Positions 19,521 through 30,618 of a DNA stretch of 64,000 nt are shown here, piece after piece. Under the pieces are notes generated by a model that was not told where the DNA came from, ran no database searches, and saw nothing but the letters and a program-made list of their open reading frames with translations. This stretch comes from an uncultured bacterium (GTDB lineage: Bacteria; Acidobacteriota; HRBIN11; JAKEFK01). Numbering within the stretch: the stretch's first letter is position 1; each line of letters starts with the position of its first letter. A program made the position numbers and the translations under genes. The stretch spans positions 608,001 through 672,000 of the forward strand of contig CAVZQN010000003.1 in the NCBI GenBank assembly GCA_963777505.1, read 5' to 3'.

Positions 19521-21887
19521 TTAAAGAGATTTTAGTTCAACTACAGTAACGCCGGTACCGCCGCGTTGTGGAGACTCGGGATGAAAACTACGAACATGAG
19601 GATGTGTGGAAAGGAATTCTTCTAATGCACGTTTTAGTTTGCCTGTACCATGTCCATGAATCAGTCTGACCTGCGGAAGTTGTCCAAGAATTGCGTCATC
19701 CAAATATTTATCTGCTGCCGAAACAGCTTCTTCAACAGTCTGTCCGATCAAATTGAGTTCAGGCTCTACGTTCTTTTCCTCATATATAACCTGAACTCCT
19801 TTCGGCAATGTTTCCTTAACGGTCGGCTTTTTCTCTAATGTTGTCACTGGAACTGAAAAACGGATATTTCTGATTAAGACCTCGGCCTGGTTTTTTTTGA
19901 TGGAAACAACTTCACCAAAGTCTTTGTACATTTGCACCCAGACCTTCTCACCAGGCGAAAATGCTTCAGGCTGATTTTCAACAGCTGTGAGTTGTTGCAG
20001 GGATTCCATTGCAGGAAAGACTTCTTCTTTTAGCTGCTTTCGCAAACTCTGCCGTTCTTTAGCATCGCGGATGCTATCAAGTAACAATTCTACTTTTGCA
20101 TTCATAGTGCGAATTAGATCCGCATTTTGATCCCGCAACGTCTTTAATTGTTGTTCCAATTTTGTTTGAAGCTCATCCAATTTGCGTTGTTGTTCCTCTG
20201 ATCTTGCTTCCCACTCCTCTTTTTCGTGTTGCAGTTCTTCTTGTCGTTTTGTTAACTGCTGAATTTGTTCCTGGAGCCGTCGTTGAAATTCATCAATACG
20301 TCTTCGTTCGTCGCCAACAAGCGCTCGCGCATTTTGCAAGATTTCGGAAGACAGACCCAAACGTCCTGCGATCTCAAAAGCATGACTTGACCCCACCTGA
20401 TCCACATGAACTCTATATGTTGGCTGCAAATTGTCTTGATCAAATTCCATTGCTGCAGTGAGACATTGAGGATGATTAAAAGCAAATATTTTCATTTGAC
20501 TGTGATGAGATGTGATCAAAGTTTTTGTATCACGATTCAGAAATTCCTGAAGAATCGCAACGGCTAATGGAGCGCCTTCTTCAGGATCAGTTCCTGTTCC
20601 AAGCTCATCCAGCAGAACGAGTGAACGATGCGGCACGGTTGCTAAGATGTTTCGGATATTTCGGATGTGGCTTGAAAATGTGCTTAAACTTTCGGAAATG
20701 CTCTGTTGATCTCCTATATCTGCATCAATCGACCTAACGATCGGAAGGATTGTTCCTTCTGCCGCAGGAATTGGCAATGCGTGATGAGCCATCAACGAAA
20801 GCAATCCAGCTGTTTTCAGGAAAACTGTTTTTCCGCCAGTGTTGGGTCCTGTTACAACAAGCGCTTTTTTGTCTGGAGGCATGTCCACGCTTACAGGCAC
20901 TGCGGTCTGATTTTCCTTTTTTAAAGCCGCTTCGAGTAATGGATGTCTTGCTTGAATCAATTTGAGATTGAACTCGTCACTGAGTTCTGCCATTGAACAG
21001 CGATGTGTCTTGCCGAATCTTCCGCGCGCAAAAATCGTATCAAGAATTGTTAATTGTTGAAGCGAAAATAATAAGGCATGTGAATCGCCGGAAATTGCGG
21101 CCGTAAGTTGCCTTAAAATGCGCGAAGTTTCTTCAGTGATTTGATCGTTTAGTTCGGCAAGCTCATTGTTCAAATCCAAAACGTTAAATGGTTCCAGGAA
21201 AACGGAGGCACCGCTTCCGGAACTTCCGTGAACGACTCCACGAATCGATTGTTTTTGTTCGGAACGGACAAGTAAGACTGCACGGCCATGTCTGTAAGTT
21301 ACGTAATCCTCTTGAAGAAAACTCTGGTATCGACCATCCCGTAGATAACGCTCCAGTGCACGCTCAACGCGTGATCTTAAATTCAAATTCTGTCTATAAA
21401 GCCGCGCAAGTTCGGGCGTCGCATCCTCTTTGAGTTCGCCGGTTGGTTCGAGCTTAGAATTGATTTCCTTTTCAAGGCTTCTTAAATCTGGGAGATGTGT
21501 CATTCGTGAATGAAGATTCGGAAACTCACGATTCCAACCTTGACCTGAACTTCGAATTTCATTGTTAAGCGCTACAAGCCGCAGGATGTGAATTATTTGG
21601 ACACCATCCATAACCTGATTCTCTATCGCAGATTTGTGAATCAGTTCTTCACAATCTTCAAGAGTTTGGAGGGATGGGATTTGATCTTTCAATGCAATTT
21701 GGAGAGCTTCATGACTGAATCCGATTTCAGCTTGCAGATCATCAGGCGGACGCATTTGTTGAATCATGTGTTGACCTGGAACTGAAGCTGCAAATCCGGA
21801 TAAATAATTCAAAAACTCAGGCCATTCCAGCATCCGGGCTGCGGGCGGAGAAATCTTGAAATTACTTTGAGTGACTATTTCGCTCAT
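19521..21887 (-). CDS. mutS2: Endonuclease MutS2
   Basis: TGPNTGGKT, IGDQQSI..SLSTFSSH, DELGTGTDP.EG, C-terminal Smr domain IHGHGTG. Confidence 0.96.
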   Translation of the reverse strand: MSEIVTQSNFKISPPAARMLEWPEFLNYLSGFAASVPGQHMIQQMRPPDDLQAEIGFSHEALQIALKDQIPSLQTLEDCEELIHKSAIENQVMDGVQIIHILRLVALNNEIRSSGQGWNREFPNLHSRMTHLPDLRSLEKEINSKLEPTGELKEDATPELARLYRQNLNLRSRVERALERYLRDGRYQSFLQEDYVTYRHGRAVLLVRSEQKQSIRGVVHGSSGSGASVFLEPFNVLDLNNELAELNDQITEETSRILRQLTAAISGDSHALLFSLQQLTILDTIFARGRFGKTHRCSMAELSDEFNLKLIQARHPLLEAALKKENQTAVPVSVDMPPDKKALVVTGPNTGGKTVFLKTAGLLSLMAHHALPIPAAEGTILPIVRSIDADIGDQQSISESLSTFSSHIRNIRNILATVPHRSLVLLDELGTGTDPEEGAPLAVAILQEFLNRDTKTLITSHHSQMKIFAFNHPQCLTAAMEFDQDNLQPTYRVHVDQVGSSHAFEIAGRLGLSSEILQNARALVGDERRRIDEFQRRLQEQIQQLTKRQEELQHEKEEWEARSEEQQRKLDELQTKLEQQLKTLRDQNADLIRTMNAKVELLLDSIRDAKERQSLRKQLKEEVFPAMESLQQLTAVENQPEAFSPGEKVWVQMYKDFGEVVSIKKNQAEVLIRNIRFSVPVTTLEKKPTVKETLPKGVQVIYEEKNVEPELNLIGQTVEEAVSAADKYLDDAILGQLPQVRLIHGHGTGKLKRALEEFLSTHPHVRSFHPESPQRGGTGVTVVELKSL

Positions 21888-21914
21888 GCTGGAGTTATTT
21901 TAATGTCTTTGCGG

Positions 21915-22655
21915 TTAAAGATGATTAATCAAACTTGCGATTTGTCCTGCACCATAACCATTATCAACATTGACCACCGCAAGGCCGGCGCAGCTATTTA
22001 GCATTGCAAGTAATGGAGCAAGTCCACTGAAGTGTGTGCCGTAACCCATACTTGTAGGAATGCCAATAACAGGTACTGATACAAGACCAGCGACTACGCT
22101 TGGAAGTGCGCCTTCCATTCCAGCCGCGACAATAATCACACGCGCTGCGCGAAGTACTACCAGATCAGAAAGCAGGCGATGCAATCCCGCAACTCCTACA
22201 TCATGAATAGAACCAGTCTCATTTCCAAAAATATCAGAAGTAACGGCAGCTTCTTCAGCAACTGGAATATCGGCGGTTCCGGCCGAAACCACCAACACTT
22301 TGCCTTTTCCGGTGTAACCTTCTTTGTTACGAATCGCAATTGTTCCGCTAGCAGGATAAAATTTTGCAGCAGGAAATTCCGGCTTCAGCATTTCATACAC
22401 AGTCTGGTTCGATCGCGTGATCAACACATTACTGTTTTTGTTTGACAAGCTGCGGACAATTTCCAGAATTTGTTCCGGCGTCTTGCCCATTCCAAAAATC
22501 GCTTCTGGAATTCCTTTTCGCATTTCACGATGATGATCAATCCTGGCAAAACCCAGATTTTCAAATGGAATCTTTTTTAAAGCATCAATCGCTTCCTGAA
22601 AACCGATCTTTGCATTTTTGTAATCGTCTAGTAGTTTTGCGAGATCATCAATCAT
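21915..22655 (-). CDS. larB: Nickel-pincer cofactor biosynthesis protein LarB
   Basis: DHHR..RKG.PE, AGTADIPVAEEA, DVGVAGLHRL, AGMEGALPSVV, LNSC...NVDNG. ATG at 22655 preferred over TTG at 22664. Confidence 0.93.
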   Translation of the reverse strand: MIDDLAKLLDDYKNAKIGFQEAIDALKKIPFENLGFARIDHHREMRKGIPEAIFGMGKTPEQILEIVRSLSNKNSNVLITRSNQTVYEMLKPEFPAAKFYPASGTIAIRNKEGYTGKGKVLVVSAGTADIPVAEEAAVTSDIFGNETGSIHDVGVAGLHRLLSDLVVLRAARVIIVAAGMEGALPSVVAGLVSVPVIGIPTSMGYGTHFSGLAPLLAMLNSCAGLAVVNVDNGYGAGQIASLINHL

Positions 22656-22748
22656 TTCCACCAATCCACCATTCCATTAATTAATTGCAGGCGAGACGCC
22701 TGCGGTCCCTTTGCGGACGGTCTGCGGCCCCTTGCCTCTGCAGTCCTT
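22656..22748. repeat. 8-bp repeat (TTCCACCA-like) plus GCAGGCGAGACGCCTGCGGTCCC palindrome and degenerate copies
   Basis: Three 8-mers at 22656-22679, palindrome at 22687-22709, then CTGCGGCCCCTT and CTGCAGTCCTT decay copies. Confidence 0.7.
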
Positions 22749-22752
22749 TAAT

Positions 22753-25392
22753 CTAAGCAAGAACGAGCTTTTCGGCATCAGTTTTTTCAGTAGTCCCTCT
22801 CATGATGCCTAGAGTCGCTGTTTCCCTGTTGAATGTCTGTTGGGCAATTTTTAGAATATCCTCCGCAGTTGCAGCTCGAACTAGCTGTCGATAAATAGGA
22901 GCATAGGGAAGAGGCTTTCCAAGCAGATAACAATTGATTGCATCAATCATTTTTGCGGAGGCAGACTGAGTGCTGAGTGCATAACCACCGATTAAAGCTT
23001 GCCGCGCATTTTCCAATTCTTCTTCAGTAACCGGCTGCTTTTTTAATGTTTCTAATTCTTCCCACATTCCATCCAGTGCTGATTTTTCTTTCGAAGCGTC
23101 ACCTGCGATGTAAGTAAGGAACGTGCCTGAATATAAATGACTTGCCGCACCCGCATAAACCGTGTACGCAAGGGATTTTTTGCTTCGTAAGTTGATAAAG
23201 AGTCTTCCACCCATTCCGCTAAGAACTTGTTGAAGCAGATCGTATAAATGTGCATCCGGGCTTGTCGCTGATGGAGCGGGAAAACCAAGAACGAATGCCG
23301 TTTGTTTTTTCGGTCTGTTTTCGTTCAGTTCACGTTTTGCTGGACCTGTTACAGCGGCAAGAGGTATTACTTTTTCACCGGTTGAGGGGAAATCCTCAAA
23401 GCGTTTTTCAAAACGTTCAAACATTTCATCCGGATCAAAATCTCCGGCAGCCGCTACAAGGACACGTCCTGCATGAAAAATTCGACGTTTCCACGCGCTC
23501 AAATCGGCTGGAGTTATTTTCTTAACAGTTTCTTCGAAACCATTTTCAGGCAGGCCATACGGATGCGTTCCATAATAAGCTTGCTGAAAAAGTTGAATTG
23601 GACGAATAAAGCTATCATCAAAATTTCTACGGATCGAGGAAATGACTTTTCCGCGTTCTGTTTCTACTTCGGACTCAGGAAAATGCCCATCTGTCATGCA
23701 ATGATTCAGAAGGTCCCACATTTCAGGAAAGCGGTCTGGCATCGCTTCGAAAGTAAAGCCGCTGACATCACGATTGCAGCTGAATCGCGGTGGATTTCCA
23801 AGAGCATCGAAGCGGAATGCAATCTGCTCAGCGTTCAATTTCGAAGTCCCTTTCGCAATCGAGCGGAACATCATATGTGTGATACCCGCATTTGATTCCT
23901 GTTCCTCGCTCCTTCCACCCATGAAAAAGATGGCGCCTGACACGAAAGGATAATGATGGTCTGGATAAAACAAATAGGTTACTTTTCCTTTTCGAAGATC
24001 AGGAACGCTTGCACTTTGTTGTGTAGATTTAAGCGATCCTGCCGTCAGAACAATTGGAGGAGGCAGAACAATTTCAGGTGCCATGAAAGCTGATTCGAGA
24101 TGATTCAAATACTGCTCACCGGTCCATTCCGGGATAGGCTCATTCAAAAATTCGAGCACAGTCATGTTTGATGTCTGAAGATAACGCGAAGCAGTTTCTA
24201 AAATTTGTTCAGCAGTGAGCTCTTCCATCTCTTTCATGTAGCTATCAATTCGTTCATATCCGCCATACACTTCGTTGTAACTCAATAATTCGGCAAGATT
24301 CAAAGCGTCTTCAGTTTGCATTGCTTGATGCAGCTTCAATTTGTTTTTTACTTTGGCCAGTTCACCTTCAGTGATGCCATTGTTTAATGTGTCTTGAATG
24401 ACTGACCAGATGTCGCGTCCGGCATCGCGAATTTTTGATGCTTCCGTTACAGCGCTTGTGACAAGCAGGCCAACATCTTCGTAAGCCATTTCCCCACAAG
24501 ATGCTGCGCTTGCTGAGCGTCGATTTTCAACGACATACCGATGAAGCCTTGAGCTACGTCCGGCTGACAAAAGCGACGTCAAAAAATCCAATGCCGGCTG
24601 GTCTTTGTGCATGACACCGGGAGAATGAAATGCGAAATACAAAAAACTTTGGGTTGCTTCTGCTGTATGCATCGCATAGCGAAGATTTTTTTGTTCAGGC
24701 TCTGAAGGTCCAAAATCCTTAATCAGTTCTCGATTGGGCATTGCCGAAAACAGATGATTTATTTTGTCTACCGTTTGTTGTTCGTCGAACTTCCCGGCAA
24801 CAGTGATGATCATATTTTGCGGCATGTAATAACGCCCGAAATAATCGAAGAGACTTTCTTGAGTGTAAGACCGAAGCTGTTCGGGCGTGCCTATCCTCCA
24901 GCGTTTCATGCGGTGCTTTGTATAGGCAAGCTGAATCATTTTTTCAATTGAGTAGGAAGAAGGGGAATCCAGTTTGCGATTAAATTCTTCAATGACAACT
25001 TCGCATTCTCGTTCCAGCTCATCAGCCGGAAAAAGAGGATTTACAAATGCATCCGCCATGATATCCAGGGCAGGAGTTAGATTCTCAGCAGGAACTTCGC
25101 AAAAATAATTCGTTTCATCATAGGAAGTGCTGGCATTAATAGATCCACCGAGAGCTTTCATGCCTACTCCCATCGACTCTGGAACCGGATAATTTTTCGA
25201 ACCCTTGAAATACATATGTTCCAGAAGATGGGCAAGACCGACTTCGGCATCTGTTTCGCAAAAGTAGCCCGCCTTTACGCAGAAATGTAGAGCCGCGACT
25301 TCAGAGTTAGGAAGTGGATAAGTCAGGATTGTCAGACCATTAGGGCTGATATGTCGCTTTGTATTTTGTAACCAACCAGAATGATCAGGCAT
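22753..25392 (-). CDS. M16 family zinc protease (two fused halves)
   Basis: GLAHLLEHMYFKG inverted zincin, NAST. Second half degenerate (HMMFR). C-terminal RLF..LR.K..LAY. Confidence 0.93.
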   Translation of the reverse strand: MPDHSGWLQNTKRHISPNGLTILTYPLPNSEVAALHFCVKAGYFCETDAEVGLAHLLEHMYFKGSKNYPVPESMGVGMKALGGSINASTSYDETNYFCEVPAENLTPALDIMADAFVNPLFPADELERECEVVIEEFNRKLDSPSSYSIEKMIQLAYTKHRMKRWRIGTPEQLRSYTQESLFDYFGRYYMPQNMIITVAGKFDEQQTVDKINHLFSAMPNRELIKDFGPSEPEQKNLRYAMHTAEATQSFLYFAFHSPGVMHKDQPALDFLTSLLSAGRSSRLHRYVVENRRSASAASCGEMAYEDVGLLVTSAVTEASKIRDAGRDIWSVIQDTLNNGITEGELAKVKNKLKLHQAMQTEDALNLAELLSYNEVYGGYERIDSYMKEMEELTAEQILETASRYLQTSNMTVLEFLNEPIPEWTGEQYLNHLESAFMAPEIVLPPPIVLTAGSLKSTQQSASVPDLRKGKVTYLFYPDHHYPFVSGAIFFMGGRSEEQESNAGITHMMFRSIAKGTSKLNAEQIAFRFDALGNPPRFSCNRDVSGFTFEAMPDRFPEMWDLLNHCMTDGHFPESEVETERGKVISSIRRNFDDSFIRPIQLFQQAYYGTHPYGLPENGFEETVKKITPADLSAWKRRIFHAGRVLVAAAGDFDPDEMFERFEKRFEDFPSTGEKVIPLAAVTGPAKRELNENRPKKQTAFVLGFPAPSATSPDAHLYDLLQQVLSGMGGRLFINLRSKKSLAYTVYAGAASHLYSGTFLTYIAGDASKEKSALDGMWEELETLKKQPVTEEELENARQALIGGYALSTQSASAKMIDAINCYLLGKPLPYAPIYRQLVRAATAEDILKIAQQTFNRETATLGIMRGTTEKTDAEKLVLA

Positions 25393-25429
25393 TTATATAT
25401 TCTCCTCTTTGCGACTTTGCGGTTAGCTT

Positions 25430-27091
25430 TTATGCTACGCGCTTTACAAAAATGATAGTGCTGTCATCAATCGGAGCAGCACCTTGAGTGAATTCCTTTA
25501 CGGTTTGTTCAAGAAGTTGTGACAAATCTTCGACGCCCATTTCTCGATTTTTAACCAGAAATTGTGTGGCGCCATTTTCACCAAATTCTTCACCGGCAGG
25601 ATCCTGGCTTTCTGTGATTCCATCGGTGCACATAAAAAGTAAATCACTTGGCTCGAGTTTGAGTGATTCACTTCGATACGATGCACCAGGAATGATTCCA
25701 ATCACAGGGCCGCATATCGCAAGGAGAACAACACCATCCCGCGTAGAATGCATCGGCGGATTATGTCCCGCATTCACGTATGTAAATAAATTCGTTTTTG
25801 TATCCAACTCTCCATAAAACGCAGTGATGTACTTATTTGGAGGCGAGTTTTCGCGCATCACTTGATTCAACTTTGCCATCATTGAAGCTGGATCTTTTTC
25901 AGTATGAATTAAAGTTCGTAACGATGCTTGAAAGGCTGCCATCAGTAATGCTGCTCCGATTCCTTTTCCAGCAACATCTGCAATTATGACTGCGAGTTTT
26001 CCATCCTCTTTTGTTATGAAGTCATAATAGTCGCCGCCAATTTCATAACAGGAATGATTGATTCCATAAATCTGATAATTTGGGAGATCCGGATTCAACT
26101 GTGGCAATAATCGGCGTTGGATCTGGGCAGCCACCAGGAGCTGTTCTTCGAACCGCTTCTTTTCAATCTGGTCTTCCAACAACAATGCATTCTCAATTTT
26201 TACTGCAGCCATATTTGCAATTAGAGCGACAAGACGCAGATCGGATTGTGCAAATGTTTTTCGCGAAACAAGATTATCGATGTAGATGAGTCCGATCACT
26301 TCACGATTATTCCAAAGTGGTACGCAAATAATTGATCGAATTCCTTGAAGCTGAATACTTTGTGAAGATTCAAAGCGGTCGTCCGTTTGCGCATCAAGAG
26401 TCAGAATAGCGCGTTGATTTTGCATGACTTCAGTTATGATTGTGCGGCTGATATTTAACGCTTGTTCCGGAATATTGTTCCGCACCACTTTGAGTTGCAG
26501 TTGACTCTTATCATTTGGATCCAACATGATCAAAGCTCCGCGTTCAGCGGGCACCGCCTGGAAGACGATATCCATAATGACTTCAACAAGCTTTTCAATT
26601 GGATAATGTGTTATTAAAGCTCCGGCTGCTTGATTCAAAGCCGGCCAAATATTTTCAGTAGGCAGTGCAACCTGACCGGAAGAGCCGCTGGAAATTGCTT
26701 CTTGAACGTAACGCTTAAGATTCAGCTCATCGGTATCGATCATGAAAGTGGCTTCAAAACCAACGGACGGAGAAGTGTCTGTAACTTGAACCTTATCCGA
26801 CATTGGTTCTAGAAAGCGCAGCGTGATTTCGCCAAGCTGAACCATGTCGCCACTTTTTAATGGAGTGGTTTGACGGATTCGCACTCCATTCAAAAATGTA
26901 CCATTCCGGCTACCGGAATCCTCGACAAACCATTTATCTTCTTTTTTCGACAAACGCGCATGATGGCGCGAAAGTGAAAGATGGTTAAAAACGAGATCAT
27001 TACTCGAGGATCGCCCAATCGAAAGAAGATCCTTGTCGAGTTCGACGTCGTATGGCTTATCGTGTTTTTGTTCTACTCGAAGTCTTGGCAT
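25430..27091 (-). CDS. FHA-GAF-PP2C (SpoIIE-type) Ser/Thr phosphatase
   Basis: IGRS..ND...LSRHHA..S.NGT (FHA), SIICVPL (GAF), IGGDYYD, ADVAGKG, NAGH, TDGITE, DD. Confidence 0.93.
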   Translation of the reverse strand: MPRLRVEQKHDKPYDVELDKDLLSIGRSSSNDLVFNHLSLSRHHARLSKKEDKWFVEDSGSRNGTFLNGVRIRQTTPLKSGDMVQLGEITLRFLEPMSDKVQVTDTSPSVGFEATFMIDTDELNLKRYVQEAISSGSSGQVALPTENIWPALNQAAGALITHYPIEKLVEVIMDIVFQAVPAERGALIMLDPNDKSQLQLKVVRNNIPEQALNISRTIITEVMQNQRAILTLDAQTDDRFESSQSIQLQGIRSIICVPLWNNREVIGLIYIDNLVSRKTFAQSDLRLVALIANMAAVKIENALLLEDQIEKKRFEEQLLVAAQIQRRLLPQLNPDLPNYQIYGINHSCYEIGGDYYDFITKEDGKLAVIIADVAGKGIGAALLMAAFQASLRTLIHTEKDPASMMAKLNQVMRENSPPNKYITAFYGELDTKTNLFTYVNAGHNPPMHSTRDGVVLLAICGPVIGIIPGASYRSESLKLEPSDLLFMCTDGITESQDPAGEEFGENGATQFLVKNREMGVEDLSQLLEQTVKEFTQGAAPIDDSTIIFVKRVA

Positions 27092-27113
27092 ATACGATTC
27101 TGTATCCTAAGAT

Positions 27114-27196
27114 TTACCACTGAGTCACGGAGAACACGGAGATTATGTTTTAATTCGCTATTAATTGCTCCGTGCTCTCCGTGACTCCGTGGTGAA
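27114..27196. repeat. Complete inverted pair of the 9-bp-period element
   Basis: TTACCACTGAGTCACGGAGAACACGGAG (27114-27141) / CTCCGTGCTCTCCGTGACTCCGTGGTGAA (27168-27196). Confidence 0.85.
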
Positions 27197-27294
27197 CTCA
27201 ATTACGCCCTATCTACTGACTCGGGGGCGTCCACAAGATCCAGATTGAATTGTAGATTGTAGACTGTAGAATGAAAAATTGGAAATAGGGCTCG

Positions 27295-28293
27295 CTAGAA
27301 GGTTAACTTCATCGCTTCTTTCGTCAGACGCAAAGTTTCGCGTGCCTCCATTTGTGCCTTTGTAGATCCATCCCTCAAGATATCGTCAATGATGCCGGGA
27401 CGTGATTCTGCGGCTTTGCGGCGCTCGCGAACCGGCGTCAGGAATTTGTTGATCGCGATAGCAAGCTTTTTCTTAACTTCGACATCACCAACCTTACCCG
27501 CGGTATACCGTTCTTTGAGCTCTTCTACTTCTCCCTTTTCTTCGTTAAATGCATCATGATATTGAAAGACAGGATTCCCTTCGACGTGTCCAGGATCTGT
27601 TGCCCGCAATCGTGTTGGATCTGTATACATCTTCATGACTTTTTGATTTACAGCTTCTTCATTATCAGATAAATAAATTGCGTTGTTTAAACTCTTGCTC
27701 ATTTTTGCTTGACCATCAGTGCCTACAAGAGTGGGAACTTCACCAATCAATGTTTCCGGAATTGGAAATATAACACCATAAAGAGTGTTAAAACGCTCAG
27801 CAATTTCGCGGGTCACTTCAAGATGGGAAGCTTGATCTTTGCCAACCGGAACAAGATGGGCTCTTACCATCATGATATCAGCAGCTTGAAGAACCGGATA
27901 CGAAAGCAAACCCACAGTGGCCGTTTCGAAATTTGCAGCTTGCATTTGATCCTTTAATGTTGGAACACGTTGCAACCGTGGAACTGTGACAAGCATTGAA
28001 AAAAGCAGCATAAGTTCTGCAACTTCAGGCACAAGAGATTGTAAATAAATTGTGCTTCGTTCAGGATCAATTCCGACACTCAAGTAGTCGTAAACCAATT
28101 GCCGCGCATTTTCGCCGATATTAGGAATACGATCATAGTGAGTTGTGAGCATATGCAAATCTGCAATGATGAAGAAGCACTCATATTCATCTTGTAAGCG
28201 CACGCGATTTGCGAGTGTACCGACATAATGTCCAAGATGCAGACTGCCTGTCGGGCGGTCACCAGTTAGGATGCGCTTTTTTGTGGAATTCAT
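27295..28293 (-). CDS. trpS: Tryptophan--tRNA ligase
   Basis: [33 protein letters not shown]. Confidence 0.97.
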   Translation of the reverse strand: MNSTKKRILTGDRPTGSLHLGHYVGTLANRVRLQDEYECFFIIADLHMLTTHYDRIPNIGENARQLVYDYLSVGIDPERSTIYLQSLVPEVAELMLLFSMLVTVPRLQRVPTLKDQMQAANFETATVGLLSYPVLQAADIMMVRAHLVPVGKDQASHLEVTREIAERFNTLYGVIFPIPETLIGEVPTLVGTDGQAKMSKSLNNAIYLSDNEEAVNQKVMKMYTDPTRLRATDPGHVEGNPVFQYHDAFNEEKGEVEELKERYTAGKVGDVEVKKKLAIAINKFLTPVRERRKAAESRPGIIDDILRDGSTKAQMEARETLRLTKEAMKLTF

Positions 28294-29273
28294 TTCAGGA
28301 AAATTGTAACAGGCACAAAAGTCAAGGCAAAGACAATCAGTGCAATGACTGCCCAGATTTTGCGCGCGAGGCCAATCGGTTCTGAATCATCAAGAGTGGG
28401 AGGATGCCTGAATCCGGCAATTTGTCTTAGTACCAGTAATACACCTGCGTAAAAAAGCCATTGAAAGCCGGCGATCGAGGATTGAGTGAATCCATAAATC
28501 GCTAATCCAATAATTGCAAAAAAGAATATCCATGTAATGACGTAAGCGCGTTTTCCAAAAACCGCATACGAAACGTGCCCTCCATCTAATTGGGCAATTG
28601 GAAGCAAGTTGAGGCTGGTTGCCAGACAAGCAAACCAAACGGCAAATCCAGTAGGATGTAAGAAAGTCACGTATCCATCCTTCAGCATGAAGTAAGCAAA
28701 AATTCTGAAGATGAGCGGTTCTCCGAAATATCCTGCATCAGCAGAAACTTCACTTACTGGAACTTGAGTGCTCCAAAGCAAACCGAAATACAAAAACGGA
28801 ATTAAAAATACAAATCCGGCAATGGGTCCTGCAAGTCCAACATCAAACAAGGCTCGACGATTCGGAAAAGGTGATTTGATTCTGATGAAGGCACCGAAAG
28901 TTCCGGTCATAACTCCAACTGGAGCTGGAATAAAAAACGGAAGTGTTGCTTGAATTCCATAGTATTGGCACGCGAGATAGTGTCCCATTTCATGGGCGAG
29001 CAGAACGAGCATAATCGTGCCTGCATATGCGATCCCTTTGTAAAGCAAACCGGGATGATCCAGAATCTGCAACAAAAATCCAAATGGATGTATTTCCGCA
29101 GGAGCCGTCGCCTCATGGATCAGCATCAAATAAGTTCCTGCAACCAGAGTCGTACCAACAGTTAAGAGAAATAGAAGGGCATTCAGTGAATAACGCTGGC
29201 GTTGAGCGATTACTGCAGGAAAGATTTTTGCTACTTCGGGAGAAGTAGGGGAATACGAATACTGATCAGACAT
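28290..29273 (-). CDS. Site-2 (M50) intramembrane metalloprotease
   Basis: [24 protein letters not shown]. Confidence 0.94.
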   Translation of the reverse strand: MSDQYSYSPTSPEVAKIFPAVIAQRQRYSLNALLFLLTVGTTLVAGTYLMLIHEATAPAEIHPFGFLLQILDHPGLLYKGIAYAGTIMLVLLAHEMGHYLACQYYGIQATLPFFIPAPVGVMTGTFGAFIRIKSPFPNRRALFDVGLAGPIAGFVFLIPFLYFGLLWSTQVPVSEVSADAGYFGEPLIFRIFAYFMLKDGYVTFLHPTGFAVWFACLATSLNLLPIAQLDGGHVSYAVFGKRAYVITWIFFFAIIGLAIYGFTQSSIAGFQWLFYAGVLLVLRQIAGFRHPPTLDDSEPIGLARKIWAVIALIVFALTFVPVTIFLK

Positions 29274-29331
29274 AAATCATTACGTAAAGTGAACTGAATA
29301 CACGTTAATGTAAGTATTCCGGCAGGAAAAG

Positions 29332-29601
29332 TCAGGGAATATTTTGAAGATTTTTCCCTGGCTTGAAGCGGATTGTTTTTCCAGGTGGAATTTCAACCTC
29401 TTCTCTCGTTCTTGGATTCCGCCCAATTCCGCGTTTGCGTGGTTTTACTTGAAAAACGCCAAAACCGCGGAGTTCAATCCTTTTTCCATCCATCAAAGCA
29501 TCTCTTAATGAATCAATTGCTGCATTTACAGCACGTTCGGCCTGTGTCTTTGTAATTCTTGTTTCTCTCGCAACAATATCCACAAGATCCGCTTTGATCA
29601 T
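29332..29601 (-). CDS. HU/IHF-family DNA-binding protein
   Basis: MIKADL, IELRGFGVF, GRNPRT. GGAGGG RBS before ATG at 29601. Confidence 0.95.
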   Translation of the reverse strand: MIKADLVDIVARETRITKTQAERAVNAAIDSLRDALMDGKRIELRGFGVFQVKPRKRGIGRNPRTREEVEIPPGKTIRFKPGKNLQNIP

Positions 29602-29633
29602 TGTTTGTTTTCCCTCCGTCTTAAGGCGCACTT

Positions 29634-29662
29634 ATTATCCCAACGAGAATGTCAAAAGTCAA
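29634..29662 (-). promoter_or_regulatory. Putative sigma70 promoter of the HU gene
   Basis: TTGACT-17-GATAAT on the minus strand. Confidence 0.55.
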
Positions 29663-29690
29663 TATTTCGCAAGACTTTAGACGTTTTTTC

Positions 29691-29984
29691 CTATTGTTTA
29701 AAACCGACTGTCGGAAGGGGCGTTTTATCCTCTTCGATATTGCCAAAACGGGCCTCATATTTCGTGACATTCTCAAGAATTGCTTTGCCTAAACGTTTGG
29801 CATGTTGAGGAGAAACAATGATTCGGGCAAGTAATTTTGCCAGAGATGGGTTCGGTAAAACCGCAAAGAAATCAATCCAGAATTCCTCTGCCGTGTGAGT
29901 TACCTGTGCCATCGTCGAATATCGTCCCGACAACGTCGCGTCATCGGCCTGGACCTGAAGCTCCATCTGTTTCTTTTCTTCCAT
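29691..29984 (-). CDS. DUF3467-like protein
   Basis: G.YS....V.H..EEF..DF, ARII.SP.HAKRL..A..EN...YE..FG.I pattern. Confidence 0.85.
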   Translation of the reverse strand: MEEKKQMELQVQADDATLSGRYSTMAQVTHTAEEFWIDFFAVLPNPSLAKLLARIIVSPQHAKRLGKAILENVTKYEARFGNIEEDKTPLPTVGFKQ

Positions 29985-30010
29985 CTATAACTCCTCTAAT
30001 TTCCTGTAAC

Positions 30011-30595
30011 TTAGCGCGCTTGCTGATTCATAAATTTTTCGATTCTACGATCAGGCACAAGCCAGATTATTGCAACTACAACATACAACCCGCAAGCAAT
30101 CAACGGTTTGAAAAATGCAATAGGTATGGCTGCAGCATAAAACGCAATTGAGATCTTGGCTTTCGTGTCTTTACCAAGAGCAATTGCAATCTCTGAGTTT
30201 TTTCCATGATGTCTTATTAGGGATAGCCCAAGAATGTAAAATGCAATACCCGCACATAACAACACTACGCCATAAACTGCAACAGGCCATGCAGCAAATT
30301 TGTGTTCTCCCATCCAGCTGGTAACAAAAGGCGTTAACGATAACCAGAACAATAAGTGAAGATTGGCCCAGAGGATTTCGCCATTTACGTGGTGGGAGAG
30401 TTTAAGAAGATGATGATGGTTATTCCAGTAAATGCCTACAAATATGAAGCTAAGCACATAGCTAAGAAATATTGGAATTAAAGGACGCAATGCCTCGATC
30501 GTTGTGCCTTCCGGTGCTTTTAATTCAAGCACCATAATCGTGATAATGATGGCTATCACACCGTCGCTGAAGGCTTCAAGTCTACCCTTATCCAT
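30011..30595 (-). CDS. TMEM175-family potassium channel
   Basis: RLEAFSDGVIAIIITIMVL, SF..VGIYW.NHH, six TM segments. Confidence 0.93.
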   Translation of the reverse strand: MDKGRLEAFSDGVIAIIITIMVLELKAPEGTTIEALRPLIPIFLSYVLSFIFVGIYWNNHHHLLKLSHHVNGEILWANLHLLFWLSLTPFVTSWMGEHKFAAWPVAVYGVVLLCAGIAFYILGLSLIRHHGKNSEIAIALGKDTKAKISIAFYAAAIPIAFFKPLIACGLYVVVAIIWLVPDRRIEKFMNQQAR

Positions 30596-30618
30596 TTGTG
30601 CTACACTCGGACTTGCCA